From: Candidatus Danuiimicrobium aquiferis
Lineage (GTDB): Bacteria; Omnitrophota; Omnitrophia; Omnitrophales; Danuiimicrobiaceae
Length of the DNA: 64,000 nucleotides
Reading direction: 5' to 3'
Assembly (NCBI GenBank): GCA_001804285.1
Contig: MHFR01000043.1
Span: 22,970 to 86,969, forward strand
Numbering within the stretch: the first letter of the stretch is position 1; every line of letters starts with the position of its first letter. Below are positions 9,215 through 18,681 of this stretch, in pieces. The translations under genes were made by a program, and so were the position numbers. The notes beneath the pieces are model-generated. The model was not told the DNA's origin and did not search any database. It worked only from the letters and a program-made list of their open reading frames with translations.

Positions 9215-11068
9215 TTACTTTTCGTTCTTCAGCTCCTTAATGAATTGAAGTGGATTTTCAATCTCATCAAACACCTGCTCTTTTTCATGCTGTGTTTTCG
9301 GCTCCTCTTTTTTCTCTCCGACTTCCCTCGCTTTCTGGGGCTTTTTTCCATTCTTCTTCGAGCTTCGGCCTTGGCCTTGTACAAAATCAGAGGGATAACT
9401 GGAATAACCGAAGAAATCGAGTTTTACATGCTCGGTTAAAAGCGATGGGTTTTTCCAAATCACCGCGGCCTCGCCAACTTTGAGTGCCCGAATGAGGTCC
9501 GGCTCAATCCGAAAGGTTTGACCTTCTCTTACGGATCCTGCTCCCGTAAGACCTTTCCCCAGTATTTCTTCACGAGTTTGATATGTTGAAATCATGGTCC
9601 GGCGCGTTCCCGCGATTCTCGTGAATTTTTCAACCGAATAAGGATCATCCTGCCTGAGAATGATTTTGATATTGGTGTTTTCGATGACTTGCTGGGCAAA
9701 GGTGGGAACTCCCCGATAAACCAAATCGCCCGGTGACTGATGAAGAATCGTGACGGCAAAACCGCTTGCACGGCACTTGTTCAAAAAATCGATGAAATTG
9801 AGTTCCAGAAAACTTGACGCATCATCGATATAAACCGGGAAAAAATGACGGTTAAAAGACGTGATATGACCTTGTATATGGCTTGAAACAGAACGAATAT
9901 CCTGAATGATCATCCGCCCCAAACGGCGCGAAGTATCGGCGTATTTCTGTAAATCGAGGGCAAAATAGCAGATCTGATTATTTTCATAGATCGACAAGAG
10001 ATCGATTTCAGGTTCGTCAGTATCGAGAAGATTTGAGAATTCGCTTCGCGATGAAAGAAAAAGATCGGACATTAAACCTGCCAGAAATTTATGATTGTCC
10101 TTGAAACCGCTCACCATCTTGCCGATGTCCTCTTTGAGGACCGGATCTTTGGTCTCAGTCGATAGTTGTTTGAGAGCGTTAATGTCAGTGAGATAACCAA
10201 GAAGCTCACGAAAACGGGTTGTCTTTCCGGTCGAAACGATCGCGTTTAAAAGCGTAAGCGCCGCCTGCTCTGCCATACGGCGATAGAACTCTTCACTCCA
10301 GGCCATGCTGTTGATAAGTTTATCTTTAAGTTCGGTCGCATTACCGCGATAGAGAGGATTATAGGTGTTGGATTTTTCCGGGTGGCTCAACGAGAAGAAG
10401 TAAAAATCATCTTCTCGTTCCTTTTTGTGGACGATGTATTGGATTTTGTTTCTGAGATCCAGGTCGCCCTTGCCGTCGATAATGATTGCACCCTTACCGT
10501 GTGCAAGGTCATGAGCGAGCATCGGCAGAAGAACGGATTCGGTCTTGCCGGTGCCCGTGCTCCCGACAACCTCGCAATGCATCTGGCGTTGATCATTGGT
10601 CAGATAAAGCGGCTTCCCTCTATTTAAACCGTAACCGAGATAAATCTTGTGATAATCGGATTTGAGCCTTTGTCTTCGCATGAGAGCGGGATCAGGTTCT
10701 GGTTTATCGCCTTCCGGCTTGAACAGTTTCGCTTCCTGATTCAGATGAGCAACGGCCAAAAAGACGGGTAACGCGATCACGATGTAGACAAGGAAAAAGA
10801 AGCTAAACTTAATGCTCGATTCCCAACCCGAATTGATCGCTTCACTTTCGAAAATCAAGTTAAGCAAATCAAAGAACGCGCCTATGCTAAATGCGCAAAC
10901 GATCGAAAGAACAGTCAAAATCCCGAGAATCAATCTTTCAAGCCATGGCCTTTTGATTTTCGGAATAAGAACCAGAATACCTTTCGCAATCGTAAGCGGA
11001 ATTCCAATAAAAATTCCTCCGACGACCTTGACGATGAGTGACTCTTGTTTTACCGGAGGCTTTTGCAT
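9215..11068 (-). CDS. Type IV coupling protein (TraD/VirD4/TrwB-like)
   Basis: N-terminal TM helices, Walker A GSTGTGKT, IIDGKGD, Walker B YIDDA, HQSPGDL, ENTNIKI. Confidence 0.9.
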   Translation of the reverse strand: MQKPPVKQESLIVKVVGGIFIGIPLTIAKGILVLIPKIKRPWLERLILGILTVLSIVCAFSIGAFFDLLNLIFESEAINSGWESSIKFSFFFLVYIVIALPVFLAVAHLNQEAKLFKPEGDKPEPDPALMRRQRLKSDYHKIYLGYGLNRGKPLYLTNDQRQMHCEVVGSTGTGKTESVLLPMLAHDLAHGKGAIIIDGKGDLDLRNKIQYIVHKKEREDDFYFFSLSHPEKSNTYNPLYRGNATELKDKLINSMAWSEEFYRRMAEQAALTLLNAIVSTGKTTRFRELLGYLTDINALKQLSTETKDPVLKEDIGKMVSGFKDNHKFLAGLMSDLFLSSRSEFSNLLDTDEPEIDLLSIYENNQICYFALDLQKYADTSRRLGRMIIQDIRSVSSHIQGHITSFNRHFFPVYIDDASSFLELNFIDFLNKCRASGFAVTILHQSPGDLVYRGVPTFAQQVIENTNIKIILRQDDPYSVEKFTRIAGTRRTMISTYQTREEILGKGLTGAGSVREGQTFRIEPDLIRALKVGEAAVIWKNPSLLTEHVKLDFFGYSSYPSDFVQGQGRSSKKNGKKPQKAREVGEKKEEPKTQHEKEQVFDEIENPLQFIKELKNEK

Positions 11069-11074
11069 ATGGCC

Positions 11075-11854
11075 TCACAAGAGCCGGCTCAGTTTGAAAC
11101 TGGCCCGCTTATTTTCGAAAAGTGCTTCCTCCCTGTCATTAATGAGTTCATGATAAGTTGTCATCCATATTCGTTTGGCATTGTAATCAAGTGCCCTCAC
11201 AAGCCAATCCTTCGTATCTCCGTCAACGATCACCAGAAGCACAAGATAGTTTTCCTGCTCTCCATAGTGATGAAAAAGCTCCTGATAGCGCTCCATGCTT
11301 TTGGTCAGGTGATTCTCAAATTCAATCGCGATTCGCTTTCCGCGAATATTGAGAACGCCGTCCGGAATCGAGTGCAAATGGTCTCGCGCTCTTAAGAGCC
11401 GTTCACTCGTCCATGAGTCGAGACCAAGACCGCGAAAAAGAATGCGGACACTGATCACTTTCAAATCGTGGTCAATCGAGCGATCAAAGTCTTTCGTGGG
11501 TTCATAAAGCGAAATTCCAGAATCAAACCCACGTTCCCGAAGAATGACCAGAGCTTTCTCAGTGATAAAATAGATGTCTAAACTCTTTTTCTTGGAATAC
11601 CCTTTCCGCAAATAACCGGAATTAACGAGCCGTTCGATTCGCCGGTAACATGCCTTGGCCGGTTCGGATCGGCCCTTCCAAAATGCTTCCCGTATCTGGC
11701 CGTAAGCCAGATAACGGTGTTCGTGCGCAAGCTTAAAGATCGCTACATCCCGGTCGGTTATTTCAACTGCTTCAATAATCTTTGAGGCTGGCTCAAGGCC
11801 GTCTTCAATGTCACCACCAGCCTCAGACTTTTTATCTTCAGGCAATTCATCCAT
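11075..11854 (-). CDS. Replication-relaxation family protein (wHTH + PD-(D/E)xK)
   Basis: ITDRD start, YRRIERLVNSGYL, HDL, PDG, IAIEFE...KS; adjacent to the coupling protein. Confidence 0.8.
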   Translation of the reverse strand: MDELPEDKKSEAGGDIEDGLEPASKIIEAVEITDRDVAIFKLAHEHRYLAYGQIREAFWKGRSEPAKACYRRIERLVNSGYLRKGYSKKKSLDIYFITEKALVILRERGFDSGISLYEPTKDFDRSIDHDLKVISVRILFRGLGLDSWTSERLLRARDHLHSIPDGVLNIRGKRIAIEFENHLTKSMERYQELFHHYGEQENYLVLLVIVDGDTKDWLVRALDYNAKRIWMTTYHELINDREEALFENKRASFKLSRLL

Positions 11855-11961
11855 TGAAATTCCTCCTTAATATTTGCCATACGGCCTTGCATCAGGAGGA
11901 ATGACCCAACCGCACAGGGGGAAGATTTGCTGTCTTCCCCCTAGAGCATCCTTTCGACGGA

Positions 11962-12357
11962 TTACCTTGCAAAACTTCTGGCCGTTGAAATCGTTTGATT
12001 GAACCGGCCCCAAAGGTCGTTCAAAAGCAAACGTCTTTCTCGGCTCGCTTGGTAATCCTCCGCTGGTTTTTGAAACGTAACCTGCGGACGAAATGGTTGA
12101 GCCTTGCGAGCGCTCGGCATCTGTGGAATTATCAGATTTTTCGGCGTCTCTTCTTCCCACAGTTTTTGCCAAGATGCCCAAGCAAGATTAGAACCCCGAT
12201 ACATCAAAGTTAGAGTGGTTAAGGCCACAAAAAGCACAAAACCAAGACTGACTCCCGTACCGAACAATGCTCTAAATCTTGTCCAAAAATTCCTGGAAAC
12301 GTTTATTACGTTCACAGAAATTCCACGTTCTCCTCTTATTTCTAGTTCCTGTTTCAT
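11962..12357 (-). CDS. Small single-pass membrane protein heading the mobilisation operon
   Basis: Hydrophobic GVSLGFVLFVALTTLTLMY; AAAGGAA RBS. Confidence 0.65.
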   Translation of the reverse strand: MKQELEIRGERGISVNVINVSRNFWTRFRALFGTGVSLGFVLFVALTTLTLMYRGSNLAWASWQKLWEEETPKNLIIPQMPSARKAQPFRPQVTFQKPAEDYQASRERRLLLNDLWGRFNQTISTARSFAR

Positions 12358-12561
12358 CGTCTTGTTCCTTTCTCTGTCTGTTGGCTTTAAGGCCGTAATA
12401 GCACCAGGTTTAAGACTGGTCGTTGTAATGCATTTAAATAGTTGTCCTCATAGTATGGGTCAAAACAGGCATACCTTGGATCAAGGACACTGGCATTTTG
12501 AAAAAATATTTGAAAATAAATTGAAAAAAGTTATGAAAGGAGGGAGTTTTAAGGATAAAGA

Positions 12562-12701
12562 CCCGCACCTGGACATGCCGAACTGAACCATTCGACTACG
12601 GTCCCGAGAGTAAATATTATGTCGAGGGAGCGTAGTCGAATGGTTCGTACAGGTGAAAAATCGTGTAGAGCTTGATTAAATACGGCATGTCCGGGTGCGG
12701 G
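12562..12701. repeat. Nested long inverted repeat (structured element)
   Basis: Outer arms 12562-12580 / 12683-12701 (19 bp, one mismatch); inner perfect 16-bp arms 12585-12600 / 12631-12646. Confidence 0.9.
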
Positions 12702-12876
12702 ATGGAATCAATCTGTTAATGCTTTTCTTTGAGTATGTCGAACCGAATGTCACAATTTCTTTATTATGTGGAGCTCAACATGAAATGATCTATCAGCCAT
12801 CTCATTTGCTCCCCAAATTATTACTCGTCAAACCCCGACTGTCTCAAACTCAAGATTCCCAGTTCGCACCCAATGC

Positions 12877-13617
12877 TTATTTAAGACGAGCGGCCGTTGC
12901 CGCAATATGCCCAGCAAGTGATGTAATAAAGGTCTTCAAGCTAGTCATATCAGAAATCGTAGAAAATCTGCCATCATTCACAGCGTTCCTTGGCGTTGCA
13001 AGAACAGCTGCTGATGTATACAATTGCTCCTGCACTAATTTTTGGCACAACAAATCATATCTTTTCAAATACGACGCCCCATTGAACTCAGCGAAGATTG
13101 GAAAGTGCGGCGACTTGTCCCCCACTGGTGTATTTGAAGCTGACGCATCTTCAACGAGCATCAACCAACCGACAAAGGGTCGCGGCTGTTTTCCAAAAGC
13201 CCCCTCACGATAAGCAACGCACAAATCATGAGCTGTCCCTATAGCTTCTTCGGTTCTATTGTTAAAATTGTTGCCGAACGAAGGGCCAACTTGACTCTTG
13301 AACTCAACGGCGGCAACAAGTTCTTTCTTATGGATGACCAGAAGATCCCACAATTTTGTCGGGCGGAAATAACCCGGAAGAGTTAATAACGCGCGCTCAC
13401 GATAGACCTCCGCGACATTCAAGCCATTGGCACTAACGATATCCAGAACTAAATCCACAAATCCATTCATATTTTTACCAGCAGTCACACCGGCCCGCTC
13501 TCCCTGATCCGCCTTCCCAGATTCCATTTGCTTAGTTCGAGCCGCATCCCGACTCCCCCAAAAAGATTGTATAGCTTCACGAGCCTTGGATTCATAGCCT
13601 ACTAAATTGAGTGCCAT
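12877..13617 (-). CDS. paeR7IR: Type II restriction endonuclease, PaeR7I/XhoI family
   Basis: [47 protein letters not shown]. Confidence 0.9.
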   Translation of the reverse strand: MALNLVGYESKAREAIQSFWGSRDAARTKQMESGKADQGERAGVTAGKNMNGFVDLVLDIVSANGLNVAEVYRERALLTLPGYFRPTKLWDLLVIHKKELVAAVEFKSQVGPSFGNNFNNRTEEAIGTAHDLCVAYREGAFGKQPRPFVGWLMLVEDASASNTPVGDKSPHFPIFAEFNGASYLKRYDLLCQKLVQEQLYTSAAVLATPRNAVNDGRFSTISDMTSLKTFITSLAGHIAATAARLK

Positions 13618-13618
13618 T

Positions 13619-15340
13619 TTAATCTCCGATCCCCATTAGTATCGATTTTTCTTTTTCATTTAAATCATAAAGCTTAAAAACAGCTCGATCACAAGCTTCC
13701 AAATCTCTCTTTATACCCGCACTAATAAGCTCGTGACGCAAATGAGTCGAGATATCCTGCCAACTCGGAATTCTAATCCGCCTTAGATATTGAGCCTGAA
13801 ATCTCAAACACCCACCTCTCATTTTTATAGAATACGCCATTAAAAAAAGACGGGTAATTCGTGAAAGAAGCACGGCCTGTAATGCACGAAGCGACCACGA
13901 GCTTGACATTATATAATATAGATTATGGTGAGGATAGAACTCGCCTTTATCAAAAACAATATTTGCATCGCCCTTGATGTCTGGTATTAAAAGTTTAGGC
14001 TTTTTCAAAACCTCAGGGAAAATGCGATCAATAGTTCGATACCAGTGCTCTGGCATTTTCTGAGCACAATGTCGGTTCTTAATTAGTTGTTCCCGCTGTT
14101 CTAGATGATTTCGCAAACGCGGATACTTCTTTAAATCTACAAGTCGTCCCTCCAACCCAAAGGGATTAATAACGCCCAATCCTCGCCACTTTATTTCACC
14201 TGATACGATATCTTTCGTTGTAACCAACGGCAACTTACAATCTTCTTCAACATCAAGTTTCTCAAAAATATCTATAAAAGCATTATCGGCCCCGGTAGCG
14301 ACGCCAATGCCAACCTTGCATCCCATTTCCTCTAAGCACGGATACTGTTTTTCAATGCGTCGCAGAATTTCTACCTGGGCGGGACAATCAAACAACCACG
14401 GTTCAGACCCATGCACAACATGATTAAGCTCGCACACCGAACTTCCAGGTGCTAATTGATGTCGAAAATTTAATTCATTAGCTAATGCCCTCAACTTTTC
14501 TTGTTCGATTGATGGCCGATGAGCTATCCTTGTTGGCCCTGAGTTTTTCTTACCAATAATAGTAATTGCCGGATACGCTGTAACTTCCGAATAAAAAGCC
14601 AAGGTATTTACCATATCCACATAATTAATTAAGTGGAAATGATCCGCTACGAGCTTTCGTAAAGGAGCGCCATACTTATTCTTCATCCACCGATCAGAGC
14701 AAATAAACCCTAAAACCCCGCCATCTGATAAAGACTCAAGAGAATGCTCAATAAAAGGCACATACAAGTCAGCCCTATCATATAAGGTAGGATAACGCCC
14801 CCTATATTCCTGGAGTAACAGATGGGGAATCAACTCTTGCCGCACATATGGAGGGTTACCAACAATAAAGTCAAACTTATCTTTTAATGGCACAAGCAAA
14901 AAATCACCCTGAAACAACCAGCTATCCGCCAAAGCAACTGCTAAAGAAGATTTAATACCCTTCTGTTCCAAAAAACCAATCACTCTAAAACGAGTTTTAT
15001 TAAATGTTTTCTTATGAAGTTCTACTGCGCGAATGGCCCCAAATAAATTTTCGGCAGAGCCTTTCTCCCTTTTAGCTCTTCCCCGTGCAGCAAGCAACCG
15101 ATCAATTATTGGCAAGAGGAAATCTCCTTCACCAAAAGAAGGCTCCAAAATCTTCTTTTGGCACAAAAGATTGTCTTCCGTATAACCTACTAAGTTTAAG
15201 ATAAAATTAACGACTTCAGTCCGCGTAAATACCGCACCTCTTTCTTCGGCATCGCCCTGATTTGCCAAATCCTCAACAGCATCCAAGACAAGCGGTCCAC
15301 ATTGGTTATCGTGATTAAATAAAAGTGACGATCCCTTCAT
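13619..15340 (-). CDS. paeR7IM: N6-adenine DNA methyltransferase, PaeR7I/XhoI family
   Basis: [13 protein letters not shown] motif, [13 protein letters not shown]; stop lies 1 bp before the endonuclease start. Confidence 0.9.
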   Translation of the reverse strand: MKGSSLLFNHDNQCGPLVLDAVEDLANQGDAEERGAVFTRTEVVNFILNLVGYTEDNLLCQKKILEPSFGEGDFLLPIIDRLLAARGRAKREKGSAENLFGAIRAVELHKKTFNKTRFRVIGFLEQKGIKSSLAVALADSWLFQGDFLLVPLKDKFDFIVGNPPYVRQELIPHLLLQEYRGRYPTLYDRADLYVPFIEHSLESLSDGGVLGFICSDRWMKNKYGAPLRKLVADHFHLINYVDMVNTLAFYSEVTAYPAITIIGKKNSGPTRIAHRPSIEQEKLRALANELNFRHQLAPGSSVCELNHVVHGSEPWLFDCPAQVEILRRIEKQYPCLEEMGCKVGIGVATGADNAFIDIFEKLDVEEDCKLPLVTTKDIVSGEIKWRGLGVINPFGLEGRLVDLKKYPRLRNHLEQREQLIKNRHCAQKMPEHWYRTIDRIFPEVLKKPKLLIPDIKGDANIVFDKGEFYPHHNLYYIMSSSWSLRALQAVLLSRITRLFLMAYSIKMRGGCLRFQAQYLRRIRIPSWQDISTHLRHELISAGIKRDLEACDRAVFKLYDLNEKEKSILMGIGD

Positions 15341-15407
15341 AACGTATACCCCAGTTCAATTAACTTTTCGTACGACCTCAAACAGATCTTTTGCATAAAT
15401 TACAGAA

Positions 15408-16850
15408 TTAAGTAGTTTCTTTTAAGATAGCATCTTCTATGTTCGATTGGGTTCCGGCTTCTTTCAATATTCTTTTTCCTTCTACGACAAACTCATTCAA
15501 AGAAACATCAACCTCAGCAATCTCAATAAATTGCGTAATTTCGGAAATGCCAATTTCGCGGCAACCACGATAAAACTCAATCAAGCCAAATGCGAGTCTT
15601 AGTTGTTTTTTTTCAGGGTACCTCTCTATCGCCTGCCGAATAAAATAAGAACATTCTTTGACCAATCTTTCCTCGTATGAACTTTCTTTTGCCATGCCCA
15701 ATTTATATTCTTTCCTTGATTTTTTAAATTGGCCTGTATAATTATAAAGAAAGGCAAGGGAAAAATTAATTCCCGCCAGGGCACGTTGATCAAAAAGCTT
15801 TGCTCGTTTCGCGCACTGTATCGCCTTTTCTTCTTGCCCAAGAAGAAAATGGAACGTAGCTTTCAACATATAGCTTCCCGAATCTCTCGGATTTATCTGC
15901 AAACCTTTGTCAGCTCTCAAAAGCCATTGATGCAAATCAGAAAATGGAATTTTAAATAATTTTTCATTAAAAAGATACGGGCTATATAAAGAACAGATTT
16001 GTCCAGTAATAGCGAAGGTGTAATCACTTTTGATTTGTTCAAAGAACCTTTCAAGAATTGCCAGATTGCCCTTCCCTTTTGCAAGCAACGTTTTGACATC
16101 AATCCATAACCTGGAAAAAATCTTTTCAGCATCTGCATACAATCCCGCCACAAGTACCGCTAAACCCATCAAATTTCGAGCAATTAAATCTATGTTCTTA
16201 GCTAAAACTTCTCTCTCTACAGGAACGTCTTTGGATTCAAATCGATATCGACCACAAGCAATTGGGACGGCAATACGATCAAGCCACTCCTGGCTTGGAA
16301 TAATTGGCGAATGATGAAAAGTAAATCGGATTGGTGAAAAACCCACAGTCGTAGCGCCGTTATCAAATACACCCCACACCAGAACTGTTGCATTACATTT
16401 AGCTAAGACACTAACCGCTTCTTCATGACTATTGACCGGAATATTCGGAGGTAATTTCAGAACTGTAAATCGGTTAGCAAATTCATGGGATTTAAGTTCT
16501 TGTTTGATGAGAATAAATAATTTGTCTACTTCATCGGCTACTGCCTCAGAAAAATATGGTGCAAACAATACCCCCAATTCACCATGAGTAATTCGCGGGG
16601 TCCTCCTAAGGTTATACCAGAACGCAGAGATAGAAATTATAACAATTACAAAACCGAAAAGGAAAAGAACGCTAGCCAACTCCTTAGATAAAATATAACC
16701 GGACCAATTCATGGCACGCATTAAATGCGGCCCTATGCTAGCTGCAAGGGCGACATAAAGAGAAGCAGATAGTGTTAAGAGGACAAAGAAACCTTCAACA
16801 TAAAAAACTCTTCTTTTTAAATATCTTATTGCGTCTATTAGTGGAATCAT
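15408..16850 (-). CDS. Membrane-anchored TPR-like protein
   Basis: Two N-terminal TM segments, alpha/beta middle region, TPR-like helical C-terminus; AT-rich. Confidence 0.7.
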   Translation of the reverse strand: MIPLIDAIRYLKRRVFYVEGFFVLLTLSASLYVALAASIGPHLMRAMNWSGYILSKELASVLFLFGFVIVIISISAFWYNLRRTPRITHGELGVLFAPYFSEAVADEVDKLFILIKQELKSHEFANRFTVLKLPPNIPVNSHEEAVSVLAKCNATVLVWGVFDNGATTVGFSPIRFTFHHSPIIPSQEWLDRIAVPIACGRYRFESKDVPVEREVLAKNIDLIARNLMGLAVLVAGLYADAEKIFSRLWIDVKTLLAKGKGNLAILERFFEQIKSDYTFAITGQICSLYSPYLFNEKLFKIPFSDLHQWLLRADKGLQINPRDSGSYMLKATFHFLLGQEEKAIQCAKRAKLFDQRALAGINFSLAFLYNYTGQFKKSRKEYKLGMAKESSYEERLVKECSYFIRQAIERYPEKKQLRLAFGLIEFYRGCREIGISEITQFIEIAEVDVSLNEFVVEGKRILKEAGTQSNIEDAILKETT

Positions 16851-17092
16851 ATTGGTATATTTTCCAAATCGTTACTTAAATAAGCCATTTATTTCAGAGC
16901 CGCTAAATTATATCAAAACAGAGGTTAGATAGTGATGATATTTCAATAAAAAAACAATTTTCCGAAGCATATGGCATGTCGCAAAATATATGAATCACGC
17001 CTTCCGGAGTATCGCAAATATGTCACGATTTCAGCAAATGTCGTAAAAGGTGTGCATGGCGGCATAGTGAATCAATTCAATCTGCTTAAAGC

Positions 17093-17138
17093 AAAAAAAT
17101 ACCGTAGCCGAGCGGTTACCCACTCGAGCTACGGTAGC
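17093..17138 (-). terminator. Rho-independent terminator
   Basis: TACCGTAGC...GCTACGGTA stem followed by a T-run on the minus strand. Confidence 0.55.
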
Positions 17139-17289
17139 TGGATTTTCTTTGTGCCTTTCATGACTCTTTGAATGCCCTTTCATCGAGACATCCAAACAGA
17201 CGCACAAGTAACTTGGTTCCCGTCGCAGGTTTCTTTCATATTTAGAATACCACCGCCAAAAATGAATTGCAAACCGAAAATCTTGAGGT

Positions 17290-17697
17290 TTACGCAGCGC
17301 ATTTTTGAATAACTACGGGAATGCAGGAATTGGTGGGATCATGAAGCGGAAGCGGCGCACGCAAATGATAACTTCGGCTTCTGTAACGGTCGGTCTTGCA
17401 TACACTGCAATATTTCTTGTCCATTGGGATTCTCAGGAAATATTCCTCTTTACAGGAATTGCAGCTATAAATATAGGAAATCTCATGCATTGAATTGCCG
17501 GCGAAATCGGTCCCTTGAAATACGACCTCATTTTCGCATTTGCTGCAAATCAGTTTTCGCGGAGCATGGATCCAATACGCCTGCGATTTCTCATAAAGAA
17601 CCTGGGAACATTCCGGGCTTGAACAACGAACAAGTCCGAAACCTCCCTTTAAATCCTGTTTTCTGGTTGATGCGTTGCCCCTCTGTTCCCCCACCAT
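17290..17697 (-). CDS. Putative double zinc-ribbon protein
   Basis: CSSPEC, CSKC, CNSC, CSVC; start uncertain. Confidence 0.55.
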   Translation of the reverse strand: MVGEQRGNASTRKQDLKGGFGLVRCSSPECSQVLYEKSQAYWIHAPRKLICSKCENEVVFQGTDFAGNSMHEISYIYSCNSCKEEYFLRIPMDKKYCSVCKTDRYRSRSYHLRAPLPLHDPTNSCIPVVIQKCAA

Positions 17698-17817
17698 TCA
17701 CAGACACCTCAATTCCGCCGCTCAGTCTTTAACCTTCCAGCTGAATTTTGGACAAATCCTTATAATTCCGCTTTTGCCTCCTTAAAAACACCTTATTCCA
17801 CAATTTTTTCCGATAAG

Positions 17818-17845
17818 TTGAAATCCATGATTCCTGTGTTATACT
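17818..17845 (+). promoter_or_regulatory. Putative sigma70 promoter for the response regulator
   Basis: TTGAAA-16bp-TATACT with extended TG. Confidence 0.4.
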
Positions 17846-17882
17846 TTTTAAAAGGGTAAAGAAACTACAATTCTAAACCATT

Positions 17883-18488
17883 ATGACCGAGATCCTCGTT
17901 ATCGATGATGATACAAATGTTTTAGATGCCACAAAAGATGCTTTAAACGCTTTTGGCTACGAAGTTCATACGTCCACTTCGCCCGACGAAGCTTTTCAAT
18001 TGCTTCATCAAAATCCGAATCGCTTTGATCTGATTCTTCTCGACTGGCAATTTCCCTGCGCTGTTCACGGAGATATGTTCCTCAAATTAATCAATCACTG
18101 TATTCCTGACTTTAAAAAACCCATTATCTTTATTACAGGCCATACATCGTTTATTTCAAAACATGCGATCCGGCTTGGCGCTTATGACACCCTCGCAAAA
18201 CCAATTATTGCCGATGTGCTAATCGATGCCGTCGAACGTGCTCTTCAAAAAAGACCGCCGGAAAATCCACATCAAAAAGTTCCGGCTGACATGAGCTGGC
18301 AGAAGCAAAAGAAATTGGAGCTTGCAATGAGAATCACGGATGCGATCATTTCCACTAATTCATTGTCTGATGCGGCCCAAAAGCTTGAATGCTCACGCAT
18401 GACTCTTAACCGCTGGCTTCGATTCACAGGGCTTAACTCGTTTGTCATTATCAAAGAACATCAATCTAAAGGGAAGATTACCCAATGA
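17883..18488 (+). CDS. Response regulator with C-terminal Fis-like HTH
   Basis: LVIDDD, LLDW, ITG, KP; SLSDAAQKLECSRMTLNRWL. Confidence 0.9.
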   Translation: MTEILVIDDDTNVLDATKDALNAFGYEVHTSTSPDEAFQLLHQNPNRFDLILLDWQFPCAVHGDMFLKLINHCIPDFKKPIIFITGHTSFISKHAIRLGAYDTLAKPIIADVLIDAVERALQKRPPENPHQKVPADMSWQKQKKLELAMRITDAIISTNSLSDAAQKLECSRMTLNRWLRFTGLNSFVIIKEHQSKGKITQ

Positions 18489-18531
18489 ATTTCGAAATGT
18501 CAAACGCAAGACATTGTGATACAAAGACTTA

Positions 18532-18642
18532 TGTAACACATAATGTTACAAAAAAGAGCACCCTTCACCTTATGGGGTGTAACATAAGATGTTACACTTT
18601 TTGGGCATTATAAGGAAAAGGCATGTAACATTTTATGTTACA
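18532..18642. promoter_or_regulatory. Three TGTAACA-N5-TGTTACA operator-like palindromes at 46-bp spacing
   Basis: Boxes at 18532-18550, 18578-18596 and 18624-18642, upstream of the kinase operon. Confidence 0.8.
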
Positions 18643-18681
18643 TAAATTTATTTTCAAAAATGCGAAAAAAAGGCGGAAATA

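Noticed and set aside
18532-18642. Evenly spaced palindromes as a mini-CRISPR array
   Set aside because: Units are 19 bp with variable centres and a 46-bp period; they fit operator sites better
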